Program-made: the position numbers and the translations under genes | Shown here: one piece after another, positions 9,720-18,693 of the stretch | Layout of the letters: every line of letters starts with the position of its first letter | Numbering within the stretch: position 1 is the stretch's first letter | Notes under the pieces: generated by a model | Seen by the model: the letters and a program-made list of their open reading frames with translations, nothing else | Told to the model about the DNA's origin: nothing | The model's database searches: none | NCBI GenBank assembly: GCA_963749075.1 | Contig: CAVVLJ010000017.1 | Span: 384,001-448,000 of the forward strand | DNA length: 64,000 nucleotides | Direction: 5' to 3' | Source: an uncultured Pseudomonadota bacterium | GTDB taxonomy: Bacteria > Pseudomonadota > Alphaproteobacteria > JACZXZ01

Positions 9720-10148
9720 ATGGGGTTCATTGACGGGGAGAAACGGGCACCGCCGAGGCGGCTGGCGTGCGTCGTCGCGGGCGAGGCGGGCCGCGAGAGG
9801 GCGCAAGCCATCCATGCCTTCAAGCAGGCGATCGACGCGCTGTTCGAGGCGGACTCGGCCGAGCGCGCCCCCTCCGCGGTCAGGCGCCTCCTCGCCATCG
9901 CACAGCGTCCCTCGCTCAGATTGGCCGCGCTCGACGGGCATCTCCTCTCCCCGCACCTCGCTCCCGGCCGGGCCGTGGTCCAGGCACTCGCCTCGGCCGG
10001 CATCGAGCGGCGCCTCGCCCGGCGTCCGCCGTCGGCCGCCTTCGCGGCCGTGCGCGGCGAGGCGGCGCCGCGCGGCGAGGGCCGCTCGAGCTTCCCGGCG
10101 GGCGCCGCGGAGGGGGCCGAGCTCGGCCGCCTCGTCACCTCCTGCTGA
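9720..10148 (+). CDS. Hypothetical protein (142 aa) inside the switch module
   Basis: ATG follows the structured leader and the ORF ends just before operator cluster 2; no recognised domain. Confidence 0.5.
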   Translation: MGFIDGEKRAPPRRLACVVAGEAGRERAQAIHAFKQAIDALFEADSAERAPSAVRRLLAIAQRPSLRLAALDGHLLSPHLAPGRAVVQALASAGIERRLARRPPSAAFAAVRGEAAPRGEGRSSFPAGAAEGAELGRLVTSC

Positions 10149-10164
10149 CGCCGCGGGCCCGGGG

Positions 10165-10223
10165 CGATACGGCGCGTCTCTTGACACGCATCGTATTGCA
10201 ACGTTAAGATACGGTATGTATCG
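10165..10223 (+). promoter_or_regulatory. Operator cluster 2 overlapping rightward promoter TTGACA-18-TAAGAT
   Basis: CGATACGGCGCGTCTCT 10165-10181; TGACACGCATCGTATTG 10182-10198; AGATACGGTATGTATCG 10207-10223; -35 at 10181-10186, -10 at 10205-10210. Confidence 0.8.
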
Positions 10224-10251
10224 TGCGCATCGGCGCGCGGGAGATCGCGGC

Positions 10252-10509
10252 ATGGCCCTCGGCGAGCGGGACGGGCTCCGCGGCGCAGACGCGGCGCTGG
10301 CGCCCGCGGCAGCCGATGCGGCACCGCCCGAGGCCCCTTGCGCCGTCTTCCATGCCGAGCTCATCGAAGGGCGCGGCTACCGAGCTCCGTTGGCACTCGA
10401 CGCGGTATCGCGCGGCGCCACAGCCGCCGAGGCCGCCCGCTACGCCGCCGCCCACGGTTACCGCCTCGGCGCCATCCGGCGCTGCGGCAAGGGGCGGCCT
10501 GCCGGTTGA
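10252..10509 (+). CDS. Hypothetical protein (85 aa) downstream of operator cluster 2
   Basis: GGGAGA RBS before ATG 10252, directly after the promoter. Confidence 0.55.
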   Translation: MALGERDGLRGADAALAPAAADAAPPEAPCAVFHAELIEGRGYRAPLALDAVSRGATAAEAARYAAAHGYRLGAIRRCGKGRPAG

Positions 10510-10579
10510 GGCGCCCCCGCCATGGACCGTGCGGCTGCCGTGCGGCATGATCGGCCGCACGCAAGGGCGAGGGGGGACG

Positions 10580-12085
10580 ATGGCCGAGAAGCCTTACGTG
10601 CTCGCGATCGACCAGGGCACCACAAGCACGCGGGCGATGCTCTTCGACCGCGGCGGCCGGCCGCAGGCGGTTGCCCAGAAGGAGCTCGCGCAGAGCTATC
10701 CCGCACCCGGCTGGGTCGAGCACGACCCGGAGGAGATCTGGAGCAGCACGCTCGAGGTGTGCCGCCGCGTGCTCGCCGAGCGCCGCCTCACGGCGCACGA
10801 GGTGGCGGCACTCGGCATCACCAACCAGCGCGAGACCACGGTCCTCTGGGAGCGCGCGAGCGGGCGGCCGCTGCACAACGCCATCGTGTGGCAGGACCGG
10901 CGCACCGCCGAGGCCTGCCGCAAGCTCGCGGCGGAGGGCTTAAGCGAGCTCGTCGCCGCCAGGACGGGCCTTCTCCTCGACCCTTATTTCTCCGCCACCA
11001 AGATCGCCTGGCTGCTCGACCATGTGCCAGGCGCCAGGGCGCGCGCGGAGCGGGGCGAGCTCGCCTGCGGCACCATCGACAGCTTCCTCCTGTGGCGGCT
11101 CACCGGCGGGCGCGTGCACGCGAGCGACGTGACCAACGCCTCGCGTACGCTCCTCCTCGACATCCACCGCGAGGCATGGGACGCCGAGCTCATGGCCGCA
11201 CTCGGCGTGCCGGCGGCCCTCCTCCCCCGCCTCCTCCCCAACGTCGCCGAGTTCGGCGAGTGCGAGCGCCACCTCTTCGGCGCCGCCATTCCCATCCGCG
11301 GCATGGCGGGCGACCAGCAGGCGGCGAGCGTGGGCCAGGCCTGCCTCGCGCCCGGCATGATCAAGGCGACCTACGGCACCGGCGCCTTCATCCTGCTCAA
11401 CACCGGCGCCGCAGCGCTCGCCTCGCGGCACCGGCTTTTGACCACCATCGCCTATCGCCTGGCCGACGGTCCCGTGCACTACGCCCTCGAGGGCAGCATC
11501 TTCGTCGCGGGTGCGGCGCTGCAATGGCTGCGCGACAAGCTCGCCCTCATCCGCCATGCCGGCGAGAGCGAGGGCCTGGCGACCGGCCTCGCGGACAACC
11601 GCGGGGTCTATCTCGTCCCCGCCTTCACCGGCCTGGGTGCCCCCTATTGGGACCCCGACGCGCGCGGCGCCCTGCTCGGCCTCACGCGCGACAGCGGCCC
11701 CGCCGAGCTCGCGCGCGCGGCGCTCGAGGCGGTCGCCTTCCAGACCCACGACCTCATGGCGGCGATGGCGGCGGACGGCGCCGGCCGTCCGACGGCGTTG
11801 CGCGTCGACGGCGGCATGGTACAGAACGACTGGCTCCTCCAGCTCCTCGCCGACGTCCTCGACCTGCCCGTGGCACGGCCGGCGGTCGCCGAGACGACGG
11901 CGCTGGGGGCTGCCTATCTCGCCGGACTGGGCAGCGGCTTCTTCGCCTCGGCCGGCGAGATCGCCGCGAACTGGCGGAGCAACCGCCTCTTCGAGCCGCG
12001 CATGTCCGGCGAGCGCCGCGCGGAGCTGCTCGAGGGCTGGCGCCGCGCGGTTGCCGCCGTGCGCGCCATGGCCGCCAGTCCCTGA
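10580..12085 (+). CDS. glpK: Glycerol kinase
   Basis: [49 protein letters not shown]. Confidence 0.97.
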   Translation: MAEKPYVLAIDQGTTSTRAMLFDRGGRPQAVAQKELAQSYPAPGWVEHDPEEIWSSTLEVCRRVLAERRLTAHEVAALGITNQRETTVLWERASGRPLHNAIVWQDRRTAEACRKLAAEGLSELVAARTGLLLDPYFSATKIAWLLDHVPGARARAERGELACGTIDSFLLWRLTGGRVHASDVTNASRTLLLDIHREAWDAELMAALGVPAALLPRLLPNVAEFGECERHLFGAAIPIRGMAGDQQAASVGQACLAPGMIKATYGTGAFILLNTGAAALASRHRLLTTIAYRLADGPVHYALEGSIFVAGAALQWLRDKLALIRHAGESEGLATGLADNRGVYLVPAFTGLGAPYWDPDARGALLGLTRDSGPAELARAALEAVAFQTHDLMAAMAADGAGRPTALRVDGGMVQNDWLLQLLADVLDLPVARPAVAETTALGAAYLAGLGSGFFASAGEIAANWRSNRLFEPRMSGERRAELLEGWRRAVAAVRAMAASP

Positions 12086-12104
12086 GTTCGGCCGGCACCT
12101 TAGC

Positions 12105-13352
12105 TCAGCCGGCACTCTCCCGCACCGCCGCCTCCTGCAGCCGCCCGGCCTGGGCGCCGACCGGCGTCATGCCGGTGGGATGGGCGAAGGCGCTCTTCTC
12201 CGCGGCCGGCACGCTCGGGCGCCGCGTCATGCGCCAGAGCGCGAAGAGGGCGAGGAGCAACGCCACGGCGGCCACGAAGACGAAGAGGCCGGGAGGACCC
12301 AGGCGGCCCATGAGGCTTGCGGCGAGGAGCGGCCCGGCGCTGGCGCCGATGCCCCAGGAGAGCAGCAGCCCGCCGCTCGCCTTGACCGTATCCTGCGGCT
12401 CGAGGAAGTCGTTGGCGTGCGACACGCCGAGCGGATAGATCGTGAAGGAGAAGCCGCCGTAAAGGCAGACAAGGGCGATGAGCGCGCGCTTGTCGTGCCC
12501 GGCGAGCGCTGCCATGCCGAGGCTGACGACGGCGGTCAAGAGCGCCAGTGCCACGATCACGTAGCGCCGGTCGAAGCGGTCCGAGAGGCGCCCGATAGGA
12601 TATTGGAAGAGCAGGCCGCTCGTCACCGCCGTGCCCATGAAATAGGACACCTCGCTCACCTTGAAACCGCTCGCTTGCGCGAAGACGGCGCCCATGCCGT
12701 AGAGCGAGGAGGTGATGAGCCCCGAGGCCACGCAAGCGAGGATGCCGAGCGGCGAGACGCGGTAGAGTGCCCGGAAGTTGAGCCTCGAGGTCGCGACCGA
12801 CTGGGGCGAGGCGGCGCTGGTGAGTGCCAGAGGGATGAGCGAGGCCGAATAGAGCAGTGCTGCGATCATGAAGAAGTCGCGGCTCCTGGGATCGTAGAGA
12901 TTGAGGAGGAGCTGGCCCGCGCCGAGTGCGGTGTAGCTCACCATCATGTAGAGCGAGAAGAGCTGGCCGCGCCGCTGCGCGCCTACGCGCGCGTTGAGCC
13001 AGCTCTCGACCACCATGAACAGGCCGGCGAAGCAGAAGCCGAGGACGCCCCGTATGACGCCCCACACCCAGGGCGAGATGAAGAAGCCGGCGACGAGCGC
13101 CAAGGTCGAGACCATGGCGGCAAAGGCGCTGAAGGCGCGGATGTGGCCGACCCGGTCGATGATGCGGTGGCAGCTCCGCGCCCCCACCACGAGGCCCACG
13201 TAATAGGCCGACATGATGAGGCCGGTCACCTCGGTGGGGAAGCCCTCGAGCGACATGCGCAGCGAGAGGAAGGTGCCGAAGAGGCCGTTCCCCATATTGA
13301 GGATGGCGACGCCCAGGAGAAGGGCCGCGACCGACGCCAGGATCGACAGCAT
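12105..13352 (-). CDS. MFS transporter (YcaD-like)
   Basis: 12-TM pattern; VGHIRAF, VVESWLN, QYPIGRLSDRFDRR. Confidence 0.9.
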   Translation of the reverse strand: MLSILASVAALLLGVAILNMGNGLFGTFLSLRMSLEGFPTEVTGLIMSAYYVGLVVGARSCHRIIDRVGHIRAFSAFAAMVSTLALVAGFFISPWVWGVIRGVLGFCFAGLFMVVESWLNARVGAQRRGQLFSLYMMVSYTALGAGQLLLNLYDPRSRDFFMIAALLYSASLIPLALTSAASPQSVATSRLNFRALYRVSPLGILACVASGLITSSLYGMGAVFAQASGFKVSEVSYFMGTAVTSGLLFQYPIGRLSDRFDRRYVIVALALLTAVVSLGMAALAGHDKRALIALVCLYGGFSFTIYPLGVSHANDFLEPQDTVKASGGLLLSWGIGASAGPLLAASLMGRLGPPGLFVFVAAVALLLALFALWRMTRRPSVPAAEKSAFAHPTGMTPVGAQAGRLQEAAVRESAG

Positions 13353-13532
13353 CAGGCTCTCCGCAATGGTCTTCCGGCGCGGTCGGACGGGCGCCCCGTC
13401 GGCACGGCGCCCTCTTATGCCAGAAGCACGCGGCGCTTTGCCAGCTGCGACACGGCGTCTACTCGCCATCATTGAAGCGTGAGGCACCCCCTCCCCCTCG
13501 ATCCGCTTCGCGGCCCGAGCCCCCTTCAAGGG

Positions 13533-13775
13533 GCTATGGCATTCACACATCTCGAGGAAGCTTGCAGAGCCATCGTGGGTCCTTCGAGACGCGCCCCTTC
13601 GGGGCGCTCCTCAGGATGAGGAAAATTTGTATGTGGCACAAAGACTTAACCTCATCCTGAGGAGCGAGCGTAGCGAGCGTCTCGAAGGACCCGCCGTAGC
13701 CGGTCCGAGGCTCCCTTTGCAAAGCGCAACACCATGATTTGCCGACGGTCTTCGGGTTTGTGTGAATCCCGTAGC
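13533..13775. mobile_element. MITE-like element with 17-bp terminal inverted repeats and an internal REP doublet
   Basis: GCTATGGCATTCACACA (13533-13549) vs TGTGTGAATCCCGTAGC (13759-13775), 15/17 match; TTCAAG on both flanks; inner inverted repeat at 13577-13692. Confidence 0.7.
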
Positions 13776-13858
13776 TTCAAGGGGGAGGGAGTATTTTGTT
13801 GTCTTGCCATACAGTTCCCCTCCCCCCTTGAGGGGGAGGGTTAGGGTGGGGGGTGCGC
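13776..13858. repeat. C/G-rich REP-like palindromic repeat, interrupted copy
   Basis: …TTCAAGGGGGAGGG…CCCTCCCCCCTTGAGGGGGAGGG…GGGGGGTG, same family as 47428-47528. Confidence 0.75.
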
Positions 13859-13876
13859 CGGGCGCGGCGGCGGCGA

Positions 13877-14156
13877 TTAAGCCGACAAGGACGTTCTCGT
13901 CGCTCATCGAGGTCGGCTGCCGGCTCTCCTGAGCGGAGCGCGCGGGTGCGCGCCGGCGATGGGTGACCATCTCGTCGTGGAGCTCGCGCACCGCGGAGCT
14001 CGCGGTCGTCACGAAGAGGCAGGGGATGAGCGCATGGACGAGGCACGCACCGCCCGCCCGCGCGAGCCGCCACGCGAAGGAGGCGGCCATGCGCAGATGC
14101 TCGAGATAGCTCTCGTCAACGGAGCGCGGATGCGCAAGGAAGAGTCTGTCGATCAC
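13877..14156 (-). CDS. DUF6356-like small protein, with a frameshift at 13894-13895
   Basis: LFLAHPRSVDESYLEH…ACLVHALIPCLFVTTAS; removing one base at GACGTTCTCG restores TAA at 13877-13879. Confidence 0.75.
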
Positions 14157-14281
14157 TGAGGAGCCCCCCGGTCCGGTCAAGCAGCGCCTCATATGATATG
14201 CGAAGCCATGCGGTTTTTTCTCCCAAAATGCGATATGAATAGGCTCATTGTTGGGAAAATATCCCAGGAAGGCCCAGTTTC

Positions 14282-14764
14282 ATGGTCGAACTTGACCGCA
14301 TCGATCTGCGCATCCTCGGCTCGCTGCAGGCCGACGCCTCGCGCCCGATCGCCGAGCTTGCCGAGACGGCCGGCCTCTCGACCAATGCCTGCTGGCGCCG
14401 GGTGAAGCGCCTCGAGGAGACGGGCGTCATCTTGAAGCGCGTCGCACTCCTCGACCCGGCGAAGCTCGACTTGGGCGTCACCGTCTTCGTCGCCATCCGC
14501 ACGAGCCAGCACACCGAGGCCTGGCTCGAGGCCTTTGCCAAGGGCGTGGCACAGATCCCCGAGGTCGTCGAGTTCCACCGCATGAGCGGCGAGGTGGATT
14601 ACCTCTTGAAGGTGCTGGTCGCCGACATCGCCCACTACGACCGCGTCTACAAGCGCCTCATCAAGACGGCGAGCCTCACGGACGTGAGCTCGAGCTTCGC
14701 CATGGAGCAGATCAAATACACGACGGCCCTGCCGCTCGGCGAGGTCGAGCGCGGCGGGCGGTAG
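14282..14764 (+). CDS. Lrp/AsnC-family regulator (DecR/YbaO-like)
   Basis: LDRIDLRIL…GLSTNACWRRVKRLEE; RMSGEVDYLLKV; SSFAMEQIKYTTALP. Confidence 0.92.
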   Translation: MVELDRIDLRILGSLQADASRPIAELAETAGLSTNACWRRVKRLEETGVILKRVALLDPAKLDLGVTVFVAIRTSQHTEAWLEAFAKGVAQIPEVVEFHRMSGEVDYLLKVLVADIAHYDRVYKRLIKTASLTDVSSSFAMEQIKYTTALPLGEVERGGR

Positions 14765-14771
14765 CCCCGCC

Positions 14772-15380
14772 CTACCCCTCCGCCACCGCCACCCCGTAGC
14801 CTTCCGCGGCATCCTCGAGCCAGGTCCAGAGATGCTCGGCGAAGCTGCGCTGCACGTAGATGTCGTAACGCGGCTCGGGGTCGCGCTGGTGGAGGATGAC
14901 GGGCACCCGTGCTATGAGCGACTGGGCGACGTGGCCGGGCTGAAAGGCGCGCGGATGGAGGTCGAGCGAGCAGCCCTGGCTCAGCGCCTCGCGCGCGAAG
15001 GGGCCGGCGAGCGTGATCACGGCGCGCGCCTCGCTCACGTTGGTGACCGCGAACTGCTGGCCGGCAAGCTTCTCGATGAGGGCGCGCGCCAGGCTCTCGA
15101 CCTTGGCCTCGGGGGCGACGACGAGCCACTCGTCGGGGCCGAGCCAAAGCGCGCGCACGTCCTCCTTCTCGATCGCCCGGTTGGGCTCGAGCGGCAGCGC
15201 CGCCCCTAGTGCCGCCACGGCCGCCATGCGGAAGACGCCGTCGCCGCTGCCGCGCAAGACGAGCTGGCCCACGAAGCCCGCGTCGCCCAAGCGCACGCCG
15301 GCCGCGGCCGCCCCGGCATCGGCGCGCGCGGCGAGCTTGAGATGGGCAAGGGCGCTCTGGCGCAAATAGCGCTCAGCCAT
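14772..15380 (-). CDS. soxG: Sarcosine oxidase gamma subunit
   Basis: LWLGPDEWL, GCSLDLHP, VQRSFAEHLW; operon position. Confidence 0.92.
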   Translation of the reverse strand: MAERYLRQSALAHLKLAARADAGAAAAGVRLGDAGFVGQLVLRGSGDGVFRMAAVAALGAALPLEPNRAIEKEDVRALWLGPDEWLVVAPEAKVESLARALIEKLAGQQFAVTNVSEARAVITLAGPFAREALSQGCSLDLHPRAFQPGHVAQSLIARVPVILHQRDPEPRYDIYVQRSFAEHLWTWLEDAAEGYGVAVAEG

Positions 15381-18300
15381 GGAGGCGGCTCCCCGATCTA
15401 TCGTAGAAGCGCGGGTCGACCACCTCGGCCTCGATCACGCGGCGGTCGGCGAGCGGCAAGCGCACGGTCTCGCCCATGCGCTTGCGCCCACCCGCAAGGA
15501 GGGCAAGGGCGATCGAGCGGCCGAGGATGGGGCTCGCATAGCTCGAGGTGACATGGCCGATCATCGCCATGGGCGGGCGCTTCTGCACCTCGGAGACGAT
15601 CTGGGCGCCCTCGGGCAGGACGAAGGCGGGATCGCGGGTCGAGAGACCTACGAGCTCCTTGCGCCCCTCGCGCGCGAGCTCGGGCCGCGCCATGCCGCGC
15701 TTGCCGATGAAGTCGGCCTTCTTCTGAGAGATGATCCAGCCCATGCCGAGATCGCGCGGTGTGGTGGTGCCGTCGGTTTCCTGGCCGACGATGACGTAGC
15801 CCTTCTCGGCGCGCAGCACGTGCATCGCCTCGGTGCCGAACGGTGCCAAGCCGAAGCGCGCGCCCGCGGTCATGCAGGCGGTCCAGAGGGCAGTGCCGTA
15901 GCTCGCCGGCACGTTGATCTCGAAGGTGAGCTCGCCCGTGAAGCTCACGCGGAAGACGCGCGCGGGAATGCCGGCGACGTGGCCGCTCCGCACGCTCATG
16001 TGCGGGAATACCTCGGGTGCCAGGTTCATGTCCGTGGTGAGCTCGGCCAGCAGGCGCCGCGCGTTCGGCCCGGCGATCGCCACCGTGGCCCAGGCCTCGG
16101 TGACCGAGACGCAATAGACGCGCCAGGCGAGGAACTCGCACTGCAGCCATTCCTCGAGCCAGGCGAGCACGCGCGCCGCGTTGCCGGTGGTGGTGGTCAT
16201 GAGGAAGTGGTTGGGCCCGAAACGCGTAGTCACTCCGTCGTCGATGACATAGCCCTGCTCGTCGCACATCAGGCCATAGCGCGAGCGGCCGATCTCGAGA
16301 TCGCCCCAGGCGTTGGTATAGACCATGTCGAGCAGCTTGACGGCGTCGGGACCCTGGATGTCGATCTTGCCCAGCGTCGAGGCATCGCCGATGCCGACGC
16401 TTTTGCGCACGGCGAGGCACTCGCGCGCGACCGCGTCCTCCATGCTCTCGCCGGGCCTCGGGTAGTACCAGGCGCGCTTCCATTGGCCGACGTTCTCGAA
16501 GGGGGCGCCGGCCGCCGCGTGCCAATGATGGATCGGCGTTCGGCGCACCGGATCGGCGAGATCGCCCAGATCGCGGCCGGCAAGTGCCCCTAAGCCGACC
16601 GGCGTATAGGGCGGACGGAAGGTGGTGGTGCCGACGCTCGCGATGCCGGCGCCGGTGTCATGGGCGAGGAGCGCCAGCGCATTGACGTTGGAGGTCTTGC
16701 CCTGGTCGGGGCCCATGCCGAGGGTGGTGTAGCGCTTGAGGTGCTCGACCGAGACGTAGCCCTCGCGCACGGCGAGCGCCACGTCGGCCGCCGTCACGTC
16801 GTTCTGATGATCGACGAAGTGCTTGGCGAGCCCGCGCTTCTCCTTGAGCGGCGGAACCAGCCAAAGGACGGCCGCCGGCTCCTCCTCCCGGGCTACGACC
16901 GCGGGCGGCAGATCGCCGTCCGCCGGCACGGCAAAGCCAGCGGCCTCCGCCGCGGCCGCACCGGCGCGCGCCCCCTCAGCCAAGCAGGCCGCAAGCGAAA
17001 AGCTGCCGTTCGCGGCGCCTGCGGACTCTTCGGCCTGCACCGAGGTGCCGGGCACGAAGATGCCGCGCACCTCGTCGTAGCGCAGCTTGCCGCGCGACTG
17101 GGAGAAGAGATGCACGCTCGGGTTCCAGCCGCCGGCAAGACAGAGGAGATCGCAGGCGATGCGCCGCGGCTCGCCGAGCAGCTTGGCGCCGCTGCCGTAG
17201 AGCGTCGCCACCTCGACCGCACGCACGCGGCGCCAGCCGTGCGCGCGCACCACTGCCTGGCCGGCGAGGATCTCGATATCCGCCTCGCGCGCCTCTGCGA
17301 CGAGCGCCTCGGCGGGCTTGCTCCGCGCGTCGACGATGGCCGCCACGTCGATGCCCGCCTCCTTGAGCTCGAAGGCGGCGTCATAGGCGCTGTCGTTCGT
17401 GGTGAAGACGACGGCCTTGCGCCCCGGCCGCACCGCGTAGCGATTGACGTAAGTCCGCGCGGCGGACGCCAGCATGATGCCGGGCAGGTCGTTGTCGGCG
17501 AAGACGAGCGGCCGCTCGATGGCGCCCGTGGCGAGGACGACGCGCGTCGCGCGCACGCGCCACAAGCGTTGCCGCGCGCCCGGAGCCTCGGGACCGAGAT
17601 GATCCGTGACGCGCTCGAGAAGGGCGAGGAAATTGTGGTCGTAATAGCCGAACACCGTGCTGCGCGGCAGGAGCCGCACCTCGGGCATCTCGCCGAGCTC
17701 GCGCAACGCTTCCGCCACCCAGGCGAGCGCGGGCTTGCCGGCGATCGCGGCCTTGGCGCCGAGAAGTGCGCCGCCGAACTCGCTCCCCTCGTCCGCGAGG
17801 ATCACCCGCGCGCCGCTGCGGCCGGCGGCGAGTGCGGCCATGAGGCCGGCCGGACCGCCGCCGGCTATGAGCACGTCGCAATGGGCGTTGCGCCGCTCGT
17901 AGCGCGCCGGATCCGCCTCGGCGGGCGCCTTGCCCATGCCCGCCATCTTGCGAATGATGGGTTCGGCAAAGCGCCAGACCGGCGGCGGCGACATGAAGGT
18001 CTTGTAGTAGAAGCCGGCGGGGAGGAGCGGCGCCGCAAGGCCGATGAGGCAGCCCAAGTCCACGTCGAGGCTGGGCCAGGCGTTCTGGCTCTCGGCCGCG
18101 AGGCCGTCATAGAGCTCGATCTGCGTCGCGCGCAAATTCGGCTCCGAGGTGCCGCGCTCGCCGAGCTGCACCAGCGCGTTGGGCTCCTCGGCACCCGCGC
18201 CGAAGATGCCGCGCGGACGATGGTACTTGAAGCTGCGGCCGACCAGCTTGACGCCGTTGGCGAGGAGTGCCGAGGCGAGCGTGTCGCCGGCAAAGCCCTC

Positions 18301-18387
18301 GAGCCTGCGGCCGTCGAAGCGGAAGCCGAGCGGCTTCGTGCGATCGATCCTGCCGCCGGTCGCCAGGCGCTCGCTCTGCCGGCTCAT
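15373..18387 (-). CDS. soxA: Sarcosine oxidase alpha subunit
   Basis: GDTLASALLANG…GRSFKYHRPRGI, EHLKRYTTLGMGPDQGKTSN, GcvT-like C-terminus. Confidence 0.96.
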   Translation of the reverse strand: MSRQSERLATGGRIDRTKPLGFRFDGRRLEGFAGDTLASALLANGVKLVGRSFKYHRPRGIFGAGAEEPNALVQLGERGTSEPNLRATQIELYDGLAAESQNAWPSLDVDLGCLIGLAAPLLPAGFYYKTFMSPPPVWRFAEPIIRKMAGMGKAPAEADPARYERRNAHCDVLIAGGGPAGLMAALAAGRSGARVILADEGSEFGGALLGAKAAIAGKPALAWVAEALRELGEMPEVRLLPRSTVFGYYDHNFLALLERVTDHLGPEAPGARQRLWRVRATRVVLATGAIERPLVFADNDLPGIMLASAARTYVNRYAVRPGRKAVVFTTNDSAYDAAFELKEAGIDVAAIVDARSKPAEALVAEAREADIEILAGQAVVRAHGWRRVRAVEVATLYGSGAKLLGEPRRIACDLLCLAGGWNPSVHLFSQSRGKLRYDEVRGIFVPGTSVQAEESAGAANGSFSLAACLAEGARAGAAAAEAAGFAVPADGDLPPAVVAREEEPAAVLWLVPPLKEKRGLAKHFVDHQNDVTAADVALAVREGYVSVEHLKRYTTLGMGPDQGKTSNVNALALLAHDTGAGIASVGTTTFRPPYTPVGLGALAGRDLGDLADPVRRTPIHHWHAAAGAPFENVGQWKRAWYYPRPGESMEDAVARECLAVRKSVGIGDASTLGKIDIQGPDAVKLLDMVYTNAWGDLEIGRSRYGLMCDEQGYVIDDGVTTRFGPNHFLMTTTTGNAARVLAWLEEWLQCEFLAWRVYCVSVTEAWATVAIAGPNARRLLAELTTDMNLAPEVFPHMSVRSGHVAGIPARVFRVSFTGELTFEINVPASYGTALWTACMTAGARFGLAPFGTEAMHVLRAEKGYVIVGQETDGTTTPRDLGMGWIISQKKADFIGKRGMARPELAREGRKELVGLSTRDPAFVLPEGAQIVSEVQKRPPMAMIGHVTSSYASPILGRSIALALLAGGRKRMGETVRLPLADRRVIEAEVVDPRFYDRSGSRLHG

Positions 18388-18680
18388 CCGCCTCCCCCCG
18401 GAGGCTCGCGCTCGGGCGCCGTCTCGTCCATGCGGTAGACGGCCTTGATCTCGTGGCTCACCGTGTCGCGCAGCATGTTGAACCAGCGCCGGCAGCCGTG
18501 GCGATGCACCCAGCGCTCGCGGTGCCAGCCCTTGGGATTGCTCCACATGTAGAGGTAGTCCGCCCACTCGGCGTCGCTCGTCTTAGCCGGATCGGCCGGG
18601 CGCGCGATGTGCGCTTCGCCGCCGCAGGCGAACTCGCTCTCCTCGCGCGGGCCGCACCATGGGCAAGGGATGAGATGCAT
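18384..18680 (-). CDS. soxD: Sarcosine oxidase delta subunit
   Basis: IPCPWCGPREESEF…HRHGCRRWFN. Confidence 0.95.
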   Translation of the reverse strand: MHLIPCPWCGPREESEFACGGEAHIARPADPAKTSDAEWADYLYMWSNPKGWHRERWVHRHGCRRWFNMLRDTVSHEIKAVYRMDETAPEREPPGGGG

Positions 18681-18693
18681 GCTCAGAGCCCTC

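Noticed and set aside
7635-10509. Intact prophage
   Set aside because: No integrase, replication, packaging, structural or lysis genes, and no att duplication seen
13577-13692. Repeat-spacer-repeat pattern as a CRISPR array
   Set aside because: The repeats are inverted, occur only as a doublet and have no cas genes; this is REP-like
13611-14192. 193-aa ORF running into the repeat region
   Set aside because: The read-through is caused by the inserted base at 13894-13895; the tail is translated REP/MITE sequence
16490-16499. Other GACGTTCTC strings (16490, about 20400 and 63571) as further insertion errors
   Set aside because: They are in frame and encode conserved residues (FENVGQW, QDVLAD, GDVLIV)
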